This document shows positions 1-9,746 of a stretch of DNA of 64,000 nucleotides, one piece after another. Position numbers and translations under genes: made by a program. The notes beneath the pieces are model-generated. The model did no database searches. It saw only the letters and a program-made list of their open reading frames with translations, and was not told where the DNA came from. Position 1 is the stretch's first letter. Each line of letters opens with the position of its first letter. Source of the stretch: an uncultured Gammaproteobacteria bacterium. GTDB taxonomy: Bacteria; Patescibacteriota; Microgenomatia; UBA8517. Location: contig CAYRUS010000001.1 of the NCBI GenBank assembly GCA_964427735.1, positions 453,790 through 517,789 on the forward strand, given 5' to 3'.

Positions 1-1564
1 ATCTGAATGCGACTCTTTCATCAGTAATATAACCATCTTTGTCTATATTAATTCCTGAATGAGCGATGTGGTAATTCTCTTCTTCATCAGCAGCCATGTA
101 CACGATCTCTTCAGTTACACGCATTTTGGCATTTCCACCCTTTTCTGTTTTCTCCACCTTGCGGTACGGTGTTTCCAAAAATCCATACTCATTAACTCTA
201 GCGTATAACGCTAAATATGTAACAAGTCCAATATTAGGCCCTTCAGGAGTTCTAACTGGATCAATCCTTCCATATTGAGAAGAGTTAACGTCACGAATAG
301 AAAAAGATGCTCTTTCTCTGTTTATCCCTCCAGGTCCCATTACAGAAACTCTTCTTAAGTTGTCCAACTCAGATATAGGATTTGTATCATCAAGGATGGT
401 TGACAACTGATTTGAGCGGAAAAATTCATTTAATGAAGCAATTAAAGGTCGTGCGTTTATTAAATTTGAAGGTGTTGGCTTATCATCTGCACTTACAATA
501 CTCATCTTTTCCTTAGCTGACCTTTCCAGTCTAAGAAGTCCAATACGAAATGCGTTAACAGCTACTAATTCTCCAACTCTTCTTAGTCTGCGATTTGACA
601 AGTTATCAATGTCATCTACTCTACCCTCTCCATTCTGAAGACCAATAAGGTATTTTAATGTAGCAACAACATCATCCTGTGTAAGTACCCAATTATTTTT
701 CTCATTAGGAGTATTCAAACCCAATCTTCTGTTCATCTTAAATCTTCCAACTCGTCCAACACTGTACCTTCTTGGATTAAAGAACATTGTGTCAAATAGA
801 TTCTCAGCATTTTCTAACAATACAGGTTCTCCCGGCCTCATTCTCCTGTAGATTTCCAAAAGTGCTTCTTCTTGAGTGTGCGTTGGATCTTTCTCTAAAG
901 TGCTTTGAATATACGGATGATTTTTATCGGTATCAATATCCTTGAACAGGTTTCTTATATCATTATCGTTTTCAATTCCCATCGCACGAATAATTATGGT
1001 TGCAGGAATCTTTCTTCTTCTATCTATTCGAGCAGAAATTACATCGTTTCTAGAAACTTCAAACTCTAGCCATGATCCATGCAAAGGTCTCACTTCAGAT
1101 GAATAAAGCATCCTTCCACTGGAAGCATCCAAATCTCCAGAGAAATAAACCCCTGGACTTCTAACAATCTGGTTTATCACTGCTCTCTCAATACCATTAA
1201 CAATAAAAGTACCTCGTGAGGTCATTTGAGGAATTTCACCCATAAAAACCTCCTGAGTGATTTCTTTCTCTGTTTTCTTGTTAATTAAAGTGGCTGTAAT
1301 TGTCAAGGGTGAAGAGTAAGTTAGATCTTTTTCTTGAGCTTGACGTGGAGTAATCTTTGGCTCTCCAAGTCGAGGTTCACCTAAAATAAGTCTCCAGTTT
1401 TTGCCAGTAAAATCATCAATAGGAGAAACTTCTTCTATCTCCTCTTTAATTCCTTCTTCTAAGAACCACTTCCATGATTCTTTCTGGACACTTATTAGGT
1501 CTAGCTGGGGCAGATTGTTTTCTTTTCTTCCTAGGTTTCGTCGGTTGGGTTTTGGGACTGCCAT
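1..1564 (-). CDS. rpoB: DNA-directed RNA polymerase beta subunit (RpoB), N-terminal about 520 aa; 3' end runs off the left edge
   Basis: Reverse-strand translation gives an N-terminus MAVPKPNRRNLGRKENNLPQLDLISVQKESWKWFLEEGIKEEIEEVSPIDDFTGKNWRLILGEP and, further in, IRDVNSSQYGRIDPVRTPEGPNIGLVTYLALYARVNEYGFLETPYRKV (rifampicin-region motifs). It has no stop inside the window, so it is missing from the supplied ORF track. The start ATG maps to 1564. Confidence 0.9.
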   Translation of the reverse strand, partial: MAVPKPNRRNLGRKENNLPQLDLISVQKESWKWFLEEGIKEEIEEVSPIDDFTGKNWRLILGEPRLGEPKITPRQAQEKDLTYSSPLTITATLINKKTEKEITQEVFMGEIPQMTSRGTFIVNGIERAVINQIVRSPGVYFSGDLDASSGRMLYSSEVRPLHGSWLEFEVSRNDVISARIDRRRKIPATIIIRAMGIENDNDIRNLFKDIDTDKNHPYIQSTLEKDPTHTQEEALLEIYRRMRPGEPVLLENAENLFDTMFFNPRRYSVGRVGRFKMNRRLGLNTPNEKNNWVLTQDDVVATLKYLIGLQNGEGRVDDIDNLSNRRLRRVGELVAVNAFRIGLLRLERSAKEKMSIVSADDKPTPSNLINARPLIASLNEFFRSNQLSTILDDTNPISELDNLRRVSVMGPGGINRERASFSIRDVNSSQYGRIDPVRTPEGPNIGLVTYLALYARVNEYGFLETPYRKVEKTEKGGNAKMRVTEEIVYMAADEEENYHIAHSGINIDKDGYITDERVAFR

Positions 1565-1701
1565 CAGTAAATAATAATTATACGATAAAAGACCCAAGAA
1601 TTCTTGGGTCGCAAAATACAGACGTACTTTCGTACGCCTACAGTGGTATTTTTACCATAGGCTTAAGATAAAGTCAAGCCTCTATTCTGTTTTTTTAAAA
1701 A
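1565..1701 (-). promoter_or_regulatory. rpoB upstream region with a 20-bp perfect palindrome GACCCAAGAATTCTTGGGTC (1591-1610) next to a TATAAT box (minus strand, + coords 1577-1582), plus an upstream TTGACT-17-TAAAAA candidate promoter (+ coords 1649-1677)
   Basis: Read directly from the sequence. The palindrome overlaps the expected -35 position relative to the TATAAT box. A small hairpin CGTACgaaaGTACG sits at 1618-1631. Confidence 0.4.
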
Positions 1702-2685
1702 TTACCTCAAATATTTAGAAACATTTTGGTTGTGTTCCTCTATAGTACGTGCAAAATGAATATTACCTTCTTTGTCGTGAATGTAGTAATAAAACTCAGT
1801 TTCTGCAGGTTCTGTGGCTGCTTGAAGCGAAGAAAATCCAGGATTAGATATTGGAGCAACCGGTAAACCTGTAACTTTGTATGTGTTGTATTCGGACGGT
1901 GTTTCTAATTCTTGCCTTAGAGGAGGTACCCACCAGTTGCACTTACTGTCCCAGCTACAACGATCATTGGCAAGTGCATATTGTACTGTTGCATCAATTT
2001 GCAAAGGCATTCCATCCATTAGACGATTTTTTATTACACCTGCAATAATTGGTCTTTCCTCTATAGATTTTGCTTCTCGTTCAATTAGTGAAGCAATGAT
2101 TACTACTTCATTTAAGTCTTTAATCTTTAGTTCTTTAATTTTATTATCAAAAGTTTGTCGCATCATTTTTGCTGCAGAGTCACCTGTTAAGTCTTTTGGA
2201 ACTAAATAAGTATCTGGAAATAAATATCCTTCCATTCTCGCTGAAGCATCAATATAACTTTTTCTAAAATCAGTAGCCATTTGGTCATCAAGTCCAAGAG
2301 AAGAAATAAACCTATCAGGTATTTCTTCACGACGAAGTCCTTCTGGAATTGTCACCCAAACTAAATCTGGCCCTTTGGCCAATCTGTCTATCAATTCAAA
2401 TAAAGTCAGGTTTTTTGAAAGAGTAAATTCACCTGCTTTAATACTTGAAGATTTACCTGTTAATTGGACATAAAATTTAAAAGCTAAAGGGCTTTTTATT
2501 AGATTTTCGGCTTTTAGCTCATCTGCTATGCTTTGGGCACTACGACCTTTAGGAATCACAAATCTGACATTTTCTTCACTGGACATAGGAGCTTGAATAG
2601 CAGACCTCCACCACAAAAAACCTGTTACTGAAATGATACCCAGTAACAAGAAAAATCCCAAACTTATAATCAAACTTTTTTTCAT
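1702..2685 (-). CDS. mltG: Endolytic murein transglycosylase MltG (YceG-like)
   Basis: 327-aa ORF with an N-terminal TM segment and the YceG-family architecture. Conserved C-terminal region LIEREAK...YNTYKVTGLPVAPISNPG. Confidence 0.8.
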   Translation of the reverse strand: MKKSLIISLGFFLLLGIISVTGFLWWRSAIQAPMSSEENVRFVIPKGRSAQSIADELKAENLIKSPLAFKFYVQLTGKSSSIKAGEFTLSKNLTLFELIDRLAKGPDLVWVTIPEGLRREEIPDRFISSLGLDDQMATDFRKSYIDASARMEGYLFPDTYLVPKDLTGDSAAKMMRQTFDNKIKELKIKDLNEVVIIASLIEREAKSIEERPIIAGVIKNRLMDGMPLQIDATVQYALANDRCSWDSKCNWWVPPLRQELETPSEYNTYKVTGLPVAPISNPGFSSLQAATEPAETEFYYYIHDKEGNIHFARTIEEHNQNVSKYLR

Positions 2686-2711
2686 AGATTAATTAATATT
2701 CTTAATCAAAT

Positions 2712-2915
2712 TTATACTTCATCAAGAAGAGCTCTCCTGTATTTTTTTGTTTTGGGGTCTTTTATATATATCCTGCCACAGGAACATGTGTAAAGTTTAT
2801 CTTTTTTTCCTTGAGATTCTCCTGCTTTTGAAAGCTCACGTCCACAACCAACACATTTACCTTGGGAAAGTAACCAAGCTTGAAGTGGAGCTAGTAAATT
2901 TTTTATATTTGCCAC
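2712..2915 (-). CDS. Small zinc-ribbon protein (CxxC...CxC)
   Basis: 67-aa ORF with CVGCG and CSCG cysteine pairs. Confidence 0.45.
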   Translation of the reverse strand: MANIKNLLAPLQAWLLSQGKCVGCGRELSKAGESQGKKDKLYTCSCGRIYIKDPKTKKYRRALLDEV

Positions 2916-2962
2916 AGGTTAATTATAAACAAACCCACTCTTACAAACAAATTAAAAAATTG

Positions 2963-3571
2963 CTAATTGTTTTCCTGTCTTGCCTCGATATATTGTTCTA
3001 CTAAATCTAATAGCTCATTCATAGATTCTCTTGCAAATTTGCTGAAAGATCTATTTTCATTTACTATTTCTGTTTGGGCACGCAAGGCCTCTAATTCGTG
3101 TTCTTGAGCCAAGTATTCTAATGTACCGACATCTTGAGGCTCAGAATGATGCTTTATATTAAAATTAACTATATGATGGTATTCTTCAAATCCTTTCAAA
3201 CTAAATAGCTCAGTAACCTTACCTCTAAACACCACCACACCATCTTTTGCTGTAATTTCTGTAATATTTCCATCAAGTTGTCTTTTATAACTTTCTTCCA
3301 TCGTCATTAAATAATCAATAGAAACTCTAATTATCTTTCCTTTGTCTGTTTGGACAGAATCAAAGGCATGACTAGGATGCATTTTATCAAAATCTATTCT
3401 GGGCAAATCTTGAGATCTTTTTATAGGATATTTAGTTGATGCTAACCATACACCTAAACAAAAATGGTACATAAGTACAGCTGCTATTTTTGCTTCACCA
3501 GGGTAATTTTCATTCTCCAATTTTAATTGCCATGTTAAGGGATACGAATCAATACTTTCCTGAAACAACAT
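2963..3571 (-). CDS. Hypothetical protein
   Basis: 202-aa ORF with coding-like composition and no motif I recognise. Confidence 0.45.
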   Translation of the reverse strand: MLFQESIDSYPLTWQLKLENENYPGEAKIAAVLMYHFCLGVWLASTKYPIKRSQDLPRIDFDKMHPSHAFDSVQTDKGKIIRVSIDYLMTMEESYKRQLDGNITEITAKDGVVVFRGKVTELFSLKGFEEYHHIVNFNIKHHSEPQDVGTLEYLAQEHELEALRAQTEIVNENRSFSKFARESMNELLDLVEQYIEARQENN

Positions 3572-3842
3572 ACCATATTCAGTTTTAGCATCTACTTTAT
3601 CTTACATCTTTTATTTCTAAAAAAAAGAGTAACAATGATTAGTATATCTAAAATTATTAATTATCCCAGTCTAATTTATGATTCTTAACTTCTTTTAGTT
3701 TACCGCTTTCCCAATAAATATTTGTATATAAAATTCCCGGTTTATCTTTGAGAATATGGTCAAAGTAAAACTTAGCAGGCGGAAATATTTTATCCATTTC
3801 AAAAAGTTCTTCTATGATCAGATAACTGTTGCTTATCCATAT

Positions 3843-4217
3843 TTATTTTTCCCCCATTATTTGTACTATATTGCCATCTAGATCTTTAAGCGTTGCAAAA
3901 TAGGAATCAAAAGTGGGAGCTTTAAATGGCTTTGCAATAAACTCGACACCTTTTTTAACCAATTCATTATATGCATCTTCTACAGAATCAACTGAAATGT
4001 TAAACATAATTCTATAGGGATCTTTGCTTTTACCTTTGACTTCTGAATGCTTACCAATCCAAAGGTATGAATCTCCAACAGCTAGCCCAAACCCTGTATC
4101 CTCTGGATGGTTTAATTCCTCAATAGTATTTAACCCTAGTTTTTCTTTATACCATTTAGCCAAAGCTTTATAATCTTCTGACCAAATTAACACAGCCGAT
4201 ATATTCTTAACATTCAT
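3843..4217 (-). CDS. VOC-family (glyoxalase / bleomycin-resistance fold) protein
   Basis: 124 aa. Shows the VOC pattern LIWSEDY...GFGLAVGDSYLWIG...LDGNIVQIM. Confidence 0.7.
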   Translation of the reverse strand: MNVKNISAVLIWSEDYKALAKWYKEKLGLNTIEELNHPEDTGFGLAVGDSYLWIGKHSEVKGKSKDPYRIMFNISVDSVEDAYNELVKKGVEFIAKPFKAPTFDSYFATLKDLDGNIVQIMGEK

Positions 4218-4257
4218 AGTTTAATACCTTAATTTCTAACATCTCGATAACCATATT

Positions 4258-4650
4258 TTAAACATTATTATTTGATTTTAGATAATTCTCTAAAATCAAT
4301 GCTGCTGCAAAAGCGTCTTCTAATTTTTTTCTTCTTTTTTGACCTATCCCTGCTTCAATTGATAGCTCTTGAGCTTCCCTTGTTGTTAAAGTTTCATCAA
4401 AAAGTTTTACATCAATTTCTAATTTTTCTTTTAATGAATTTGCGAAATTTTTTGACTTTTCTGCCATTACTCCCTCAGATACTCCAACAATGACTTTTTC
4501 AACATCTTCTTCTTGAATTAACTTTTCCAATTTTTTGAATAATTCAGATGTGTCCTTATATCTAAGAACACCAAATGGTTCAGCAATAATACCAGAGGAT
4601 ATTGCTAAACCTACTTTTTTTAATCCAAAATCAATTGATAAGACTTGCAT
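4258..4650 (-). CDS. ruvX: Holliday-junction resolvase-like RuvX/YqgF
   Basis: MQVLSIDFGLKKVGLAISS N-terminus and a YqgF-like acidic core. The real start is probably the internal Met (4650) rather than the ORF-track start at 4686. Confidence 0.85.
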   Translation of the reverse strand: MQVLSIDFGLKKVGLAISSGIIAEPFGVLRYKDTSELFKKLEKLIQEEDVEKVIVGVSEGVMAEKSKNFANSLKEKLEIDVKLFDETLTTREAQELSIEAGIGQKRRKKLEDAFAAALILENYLKSNNNV

Positions 4651-5323
4651 TTGCTTGAGTATAGGGGACAATCTTTGCACGCACAACTAAACGCCTTGGT
4701 TTACGAGGATCTCCCGGAGGTGTGCAGGTAACCAAAGAAAGATAAGAACCATCAGTATCTTGTTCTAAAATCTCAATATCTGTTGGCAACACCTCGTATT
4801 TCGTTTCTACTTTGTATTTATAATCAACACCATCATAGTGAACAAAAATATCATCACCATTTTCTAACTTTGGAAGGGTAGAAAAAATGGTTAGATAATC
4901 TTTGGGATTAAAAAAGATAGGCAATACAGAATGCCCAAAAATAACCCCATTACCAATTTTCCCCGGAAGTGCTGTTCCAGGATATTGGATAAGGCTTTCG
5001 CTCAAATCATCTTTCCCAATAGCAACCGTAGCTTTGTTAATTTTTAATTTTGGAATAGTAATAGTAAAGTACTCTACCTTACTATTACTACTATCCTCAT
5101 TCTCTTTTTTACCAAACCAATTGCTTGCTTTAGTTAGATCAGTATTGTTTTGATTGTTTTGTATCTGAGTATTTATTTCAACTAAAGGATTTAATAATAC
5201 CGGATAACTACTCCTAGAAGTAAGTTCATAGCTTAACAAGTTAAATAAAACAACAGTTATCATTATTACTCCGGCAAAACCAGTAAAAAACGGAAATAGT
5301 CTAAAAAACGGCTTTTTACTCAT
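4631..5323 (-). CDS. Sortase-family transpeptidase
   Basis: N-terminal TM segment, GHSVLP His motif and the LVTCTPPG (TLxTC) catalytic-Cys motif. Probable start is the internal Met MSKKPFF. Confidence 0.8.
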   Translation of the reverse strand: MSKKPFFRLFPFFTGFAGVIMITVVLFNLLSYELTSRSSYPVLLNPLVEINTQIQNNQNNTDLTKASNWFGKKENEDSSNSKVEYFTITIPKLKINKATVAIGKDDLSESLIQYPGTALPGKIGNGVIFGHSVLPIFFNPKDYLTIFSTLPKLENGDDIFVHYDGVDYKYKVETKYEVLPTDIEILEQDTDGSYLSLVTCTPPGDPRKPRRLVVRAKIVPYTQANASLIN

Positions 5324-5330
5324 AGCAATA

Positions 5331-7532
5331 CTACCTCTCGGCTGCAACTTCAACAGAAATATTTTTCTTTTGGTAAGGAAGATTGCCTAACCTTCCTGGA
5401 AGTCTGGGTTCAATAATAATCTCAGCTCGAACAAATCCTGGTATCGAGTTCAAATACTCTCTTGCAATATGCGGATACTTACCTGATACTCGATCAGTAA
5501 TCTCATCTGGATTTAGTTCAGGAAGTAGATTGGCAATAATACTTGTCTCCATTTCATAAACTCCATCTTCCTCACCTACATACTTGAATTTAATTTCTAC
5601 TTGCTCATCTTTCAACACATAACCACTAGGCACCTGATTATCAAGGACCTCTCGTGCCAACTGAACTAGCAGATCTTTTTTTACAGATACTCCACTCACT
5701 TCTAATTCTAAATCAAGTTTTAATGAAGATGCCTCATCACCCACTTTGTTACTAAAACCGGTTTTTGTAACTTGTTGGGAAATTGAATCTTTCAAAAAGT
5801 CATTTCCGTCTTCTACTTTTTCTTCCAGTTCTTTAACTGCTTTTTGTGATAGTTCCTTCTCTAATTCCTCTTCTAAAGATTCTATATCACTTTCTGAGAC
5901 TGCGGCAACTTCACGACTTTCTCCTCCTGAAAAATCTTTTTTTGCAACAGCATCTACTTCTGCGGTTGGAAAGTTTCCTACAGAAAACTCTGTACCATTT
6001 GCTAAGTTATAGTCAGAACCAATATCAGTTGCTACTACTTCTACCTCTTGGGCACCTGGTTTTGTAGGTGATAGGGCAGCAGATACAGAGGCTGGTTCTA
6101 CTGTCTCGAATGTCAAGTTATTATCTGAAGTAAGTTTTGTCCCTACTGGTAAACGAATGCTTGAGCTTGTTCCATTACGAACCTCAACAGTTCCTTTGGC
6201 CTTTTCTCCGATTGTTCGTTTGCCTGTAGTCGACTTGGTACGATCCCCAGAAACAGTAGCGCTCATAACTCTACCAGGAATAACATTTTTTTCTATATCT
6301 AAATTACTCGCTTCTGGATCTATGTATACAGTTAATCTATCCTCTAAATTTTGAGGGGAAATAAAAATAGTCAAAGAAGCCTTTGGAATAAAGTACCAGT
6401 AAGCAACTACTGATCCAATTAGTAAAAGAAGTGCAATTATTACAATTGCTAATATTCTCCTCCCTGGGCCAGCAGGAGATTTTGGTTTTTTTACCTTTAC
6501 ACCAGAAAGTTTCGATTTTATAGCAGAAAAAAAAGGAGGAATTGTCAGTTTTCTCTTTTCATTTGTATCTTCTTTTGTAAATTCCTGATCCTCTAACTCA
6601 CCTTCAAGTTCTTCGACAGAGGCAATATTATCGGAATAGTATTTATTTTCATCAGGATTTTGGTCTTCCAAGGATTCATCTGTTATATCTTTACCCACCA
6701 CAAATCCCACATCTCCAACATCCCCTTTAGGGGAGTTTGGATTTCCAGCTACTTCTGTACCAGTATCTATTTTAGAAGTGTTTGCCATTTCAATACCTCC
6801 TGCTAAAGTTACTGCAAATATTTTTTGCTCTGGTTTAAACGTTTCTACTTTTGGCGTGTGCAAAAAAGAAATTTTTTCAGGAGTACTCCAATCAAATTTA
6901 ACCAACTCTTGTCGTGCATCTTCGAGTTCACTATCTTTTGCGTTATAAACTATAAACCTTGATGGGAAAACCTCACCAGAATAAAGTCTTGTCAATCCTT
7001 CTACAACGTCATCAACAAGAGAAACACTTCTTGATACATTTTCTATTCCCTTGTTTTCGCCATTTTTAAATAATGAAACCTCAAGATTGCCTTCTCTTAA
7101 GCCCAAAATTATCCCTGTAAAAGGTACACCATCCTCAGATTTTATGAAATTTGCAATAGCCTCCGGTAAAACTACATAACCTTGTGGATCCAAGGACAAC
7201 TCTTTACATACCTTCTCTAAATCTTTTAAATATTCTCCTTTTATATTTCCTTCAAGTATCCATTGAGAGGAAAGTCCGAAAACCGCTGCAGAAGGATCAT
7301 CTATATCCTCATCTAGATTCTGTACTGCAGAGGACAAGGCTGTATCAACAACACTTATTAGGTCTTCGTTTTCGTCTCGGCTTACAGGCTTGCCCACTGT
7401 TAATACTTTGGATTCTCCTTGATTTATACTCCATATCCCTGCTTGTACCCACGAAGGTTCTATGACAATCGACCAGTAATAGGAGCTTGTCTTTGACTTT
7501 GTCTTCGGCAGTAAAGATGAAAAGTCAACCAT
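5331..7532 (-). CDS. Large bitopic membrane protein. The N-terminal ~350 aa are cytoplasmic and look like a degenerate PilM/FtsA actin fold. A single TM helix follows, then a ~350 aa extracytoplasmic region
   Basis: The N-terminus FSSLLPKTKSK..SIVIEPSWVQAGIWSI aligns by pattern to PilM LSQLFRRKKAVGLDIGSSSVKAVEL, but the DIGSS phosphate loop is replaced. A second pattern GIILGLREGNLEVSLF resembles the actin adenosine motif. Acidic linker; TM helix ILAIVIIALLLLIGSVVAYWYF. Confidence 0.55.
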   Translation of the reverse strand: MVDFSSLLPKTKSKTSSYYWSIVIEPSWVQAGIWSINQGESKVLTVGKPVSRDENEDLISVVDTALSSAVQNLDEDIDDPSAAVFGLSSQWILEGNIKGEYLKDLEKVCKELSLDPQGYVVLPEAIANFIKSEDGVPFTGIILGLREGNLEVSLFKNGENKGIENVSRSVSLVDDVVEGLTRLYSGEVFPSRFIVYNAKDSELEDARQELVKFDWSTPEKISFLHTPKVETFKPEQKIFAVTLAGGIEMANTSKIDTGTEVAGNPNSPKGDVGDVGFVVGKDITDESLEDQNPDENKYYSDNIASVEELEGELEDQEFTKEDTNEKRKLTIPPFFSAIKSKLSGVKVKKPKSPAGPGRRILAIVIIALLLLIGSVVAYWYFIPKASLTIFISPQNLEDRLTVYIDPEASNLDIEKNVIPGRVMSATVSGDRTKSTTGKRTIGEKAKGTVEVRNGTSSSIRLPVGTKLTSDNNLTFETVEPASVSAALSPTKPGAQEVEVVATDIGSDYNLANGTEFSVGNFPTAEVDAVAKKDFSGGESREVAAVSESDIESLEEELEKELSQKAVKELEEKVEDGNDFLKDSISQQVTKTGFSNKVGDEASSLKLDLELEVSGVSVKKDLLVQLAREVLDNQVPSGYVLKDEQVEIKFKYVGEEDGVYEMETSIIANLLPELNPDEITDRVSGKYPHIAREYLNSIPGFVRAEIIIEPRLPGRLGNLPYQKKNISVEVAAER

Positions 7533-7534
7533 AG

Positions 7535-9400
7535 TTAATTTATCGTTGCATAAATACGTACAGTATTAGCACCTGTCTTCTCTTGTTTATCTATTGTAAC
7601 ATGCCCAATATTTCCTGTGTTTTGGACATGTGGTCCTCCACAAAATTCTTTACTGAAAGCATTTTCTAAATTCTCTCCAATAAAATAAACCTTAACAATA
7701 TCACCATATTTTTCGCCAAATAAATGGATAGCACCACTTTTTTCAGCTTGCTCCTTTGGTAGTTCAATAAATTGAACAGGTAATTTTTCTTGTACTTTCT
7801 GATTTATTTTCTCTTCCAGTTTTTTTATTTCCTCGTCCGTCAGTTTAGAGTTATAAGAAAAATCAAATCTCAACCTTTCTTCATTAATATTTTGCCCTTT
7901 TTGTACAACCCTCTCCCCAAGCAATTGTCTCAAGGCTGCTTGGAGAAGATGGGCTGTGGTGTGAAGCTTTTTAATTTGCTCGCTTGAACCAGCCAATCCA
8001 CCTTTGAATTTACCTGCTGAAGTTGTCCTTGATAAATTTTGGTGTTTTTCAAATTCTTTTTTAAATACCTCTCTATCTATTGACTGTCCTTTCTCCTCAA
8101 AAATCTCCTCTGTAATTTCAATAGGAAAACCATATGACTGATACAAATCAAATGCAGTTTTTGCATCAATTTTGTCTATTTTTTCGATTTCCTTTAGTCC
8201 TTTCTCTAAAGTATTTTTAAACTTTTCGACTTCACTATTGATAACATTTTTAATCTCATCTGAGTTGGAACTACTTAAATAAATCTCTTCATATGACTCA
8301 ATAACCCGATCAACAATCGTATCAAAATCACCCGGATTTACATTGTCTTTTAACGAACGCATTTTTACAGCAGATCTTCTTATCAGTCTTCTTAAAATAT
8401 ACCCATGCTCTTTGTTTGATGGTACAACTCCATCATTTGCTAGAAAAACTGAAGCTCGCATGTGGTCTGCAATGATTCTCATTGAAGGTTTATAATTATC
8501 TTGATATTTCTTGTTTGTTATATTTTCTATTTGATTAATAACTCCTGAAAAAACATCAATCTTGAAAACATCAGGATCACCATTAATAGCAGCTGCTATT
8601 CTTTCTAAACCACCTCCAAAATCCACATTTTTATTTGGAAGCTCCTCAAATGTATTGTCGTCTATTTTTTTATATTGCATAAAAACAGAGTTTGCTATCT
8701 CCACAAACCTACCACAATCACAATTAACATGACACGGCATGTGAGCAAACTCGGAACTTTCATGAATCTTCAGATCTTCACCAAAATCAAAAAATATTTC
8801 TGAATCCGGACCTCCAATATCTCCTACAGGCATATCTACTGGTTTACCACTCATAGACCACCAATTTTTATTATCCGGATAGGCAAATATTCTCTCACCT
8901 TCTTCTGCATTAACTCCTGATTTTTTAAATATATCTTTCCAAATATTTATTGATTCTGTGTCCTTACTTAATTTATTTAAAGAATTGTTTTCTTTTATAT
9001 TGAACTCTTCATTTCCGGCAAATACTGTCACATATAATCTATTAGCATTTATTCCTAATCCTTCCTCTTTGTCTGTGAGAAACTGAAAAATCCAATTAAG
9101 TTGCTCTTCTTTAAAATAATCACCAAGGGACCAGTTTCCTAGCATTTCAAAAAAGGTGGTATGCCTATTATTTCCAACTTCTTCTATGTCTTCTAAACGA
9201 ATTGAAGGCTGAGAATTAACAATTCTTTTTCCTTTGGGATGTTTTTTGCCTAATAAATAAGGTACCATTTGCTGCATACCAAAAGGGGTAAATAATGTGC
9301 CTGTATCAACGGTGGGAATTAAAGGGGAAGGTGCAATTTCCTGGTGACCTCTATTTTTGAAAAATTGCACATATTTTTGTCTAATCTGATGAACTGTCAT
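7535..9400 (-). CDS. alaS: Alanyl-tRNA synthetase, short form lacking the C-Ala domain
   Basis: MTVHQIRQKYVQFF...FFEMLGNWSLGDYFK class-II AlaRS motifs. The editing-domain end carries HxxxH and CGGPHV. About 620 aa. Confidence 0.9.
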   Translation of the reverse strand: MTVHQIRQKYVQFFKNRGHQEIAPSPLIPTVDTGTLFTPFGMQQMVPYLLGKKHPKGKRIVNSQPSIRLEDIEEVGNNRHTTFFEMLGNWSLGDYFKEEQLNWIFQFLTDKEEGLGINANRLYVTVFAGNEEFNIKENNSLNKLSKDTESINIWKDIFKKSGVNAEEGERIFAYPDNKNWWSMSGKPVDMPVGDIGGPDSEIFFDFGEDLKIHESSEFAHMPCHVNCDCGRFVEIANSVFMQYKKIDDNTFEELPNKNVDFGGGLERIAAAINGDPDVFKIDVFSGVINQIENITNKKYQDNYKPSMRIIADHMRASVFLANDGVVPSNKEHGYILRRLIRRSAVKMRSLKDNVNPGDFDTIVDRVIESYEEIYLSSSNSDEIKNVINSEVEKFKNTLEKGLKEIEKIDKIDAKTAFDLYQSYGFPIEITEEIFEEKGQSIDREVFKKEFEKHQNLSRTTSAGKFKGGLAGSSEQIKKLHTTAHLLQAALRQLLGERVVQKGQNINEERLRFDFSYNSKLTDEEIKKLEEKINQKVQEKLPVQFIELPKEQAEKSGAIHLFGEKYGDIVKVYFIGENLENAFSKEFCGGPHVQNTGNIGHVTIDKQEKTGANTVRIYATIN

Positions 9401-9455
9401 TGCTTTTGCAATTATACACATTCATGCCTAGGATATCTAGAAAATGAAGCTACCA

Positions 9456-9746
9456 CTATACTTGATCACTAATCTCATCTTTAATAGCGACAGTTTCTCC
9501 TTGGAAAGGTTCGCCCATACCCATTTTTTCTACTTCCTTTTGTCTTTTAAACATTCCAACTATGCTTGTTATTTTTTCTGGTTTAATTAATCCACCACCT
9601 AATATTGCATCTTCAAGAATTGAATTCATTCTTTTAACAGACCTTCTCAAATCCATTATCACCAAAATAACTTGGACTCCTACAATAAGCAGCAATACTG
9701 TTAAAACAGTTACAACTATAATTAATACTTTTTGTATTGGATCCAT
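9456..9746 (-). CDS. Small single-pass membrane protein
   Basis: 96-aa ORF with an N-terminal TM helix and a charged C-terminus. Confidence 0.45.
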   Translation of the reverse strand: MDPIQKVLIIVVTVLTVLLLIVGVQVILVIMDLRRSVKRMNSILEDAILGGGLIKPEKITSIVGMFKRQKEVEKMGMGEPFQGETVAIKDEISDQV

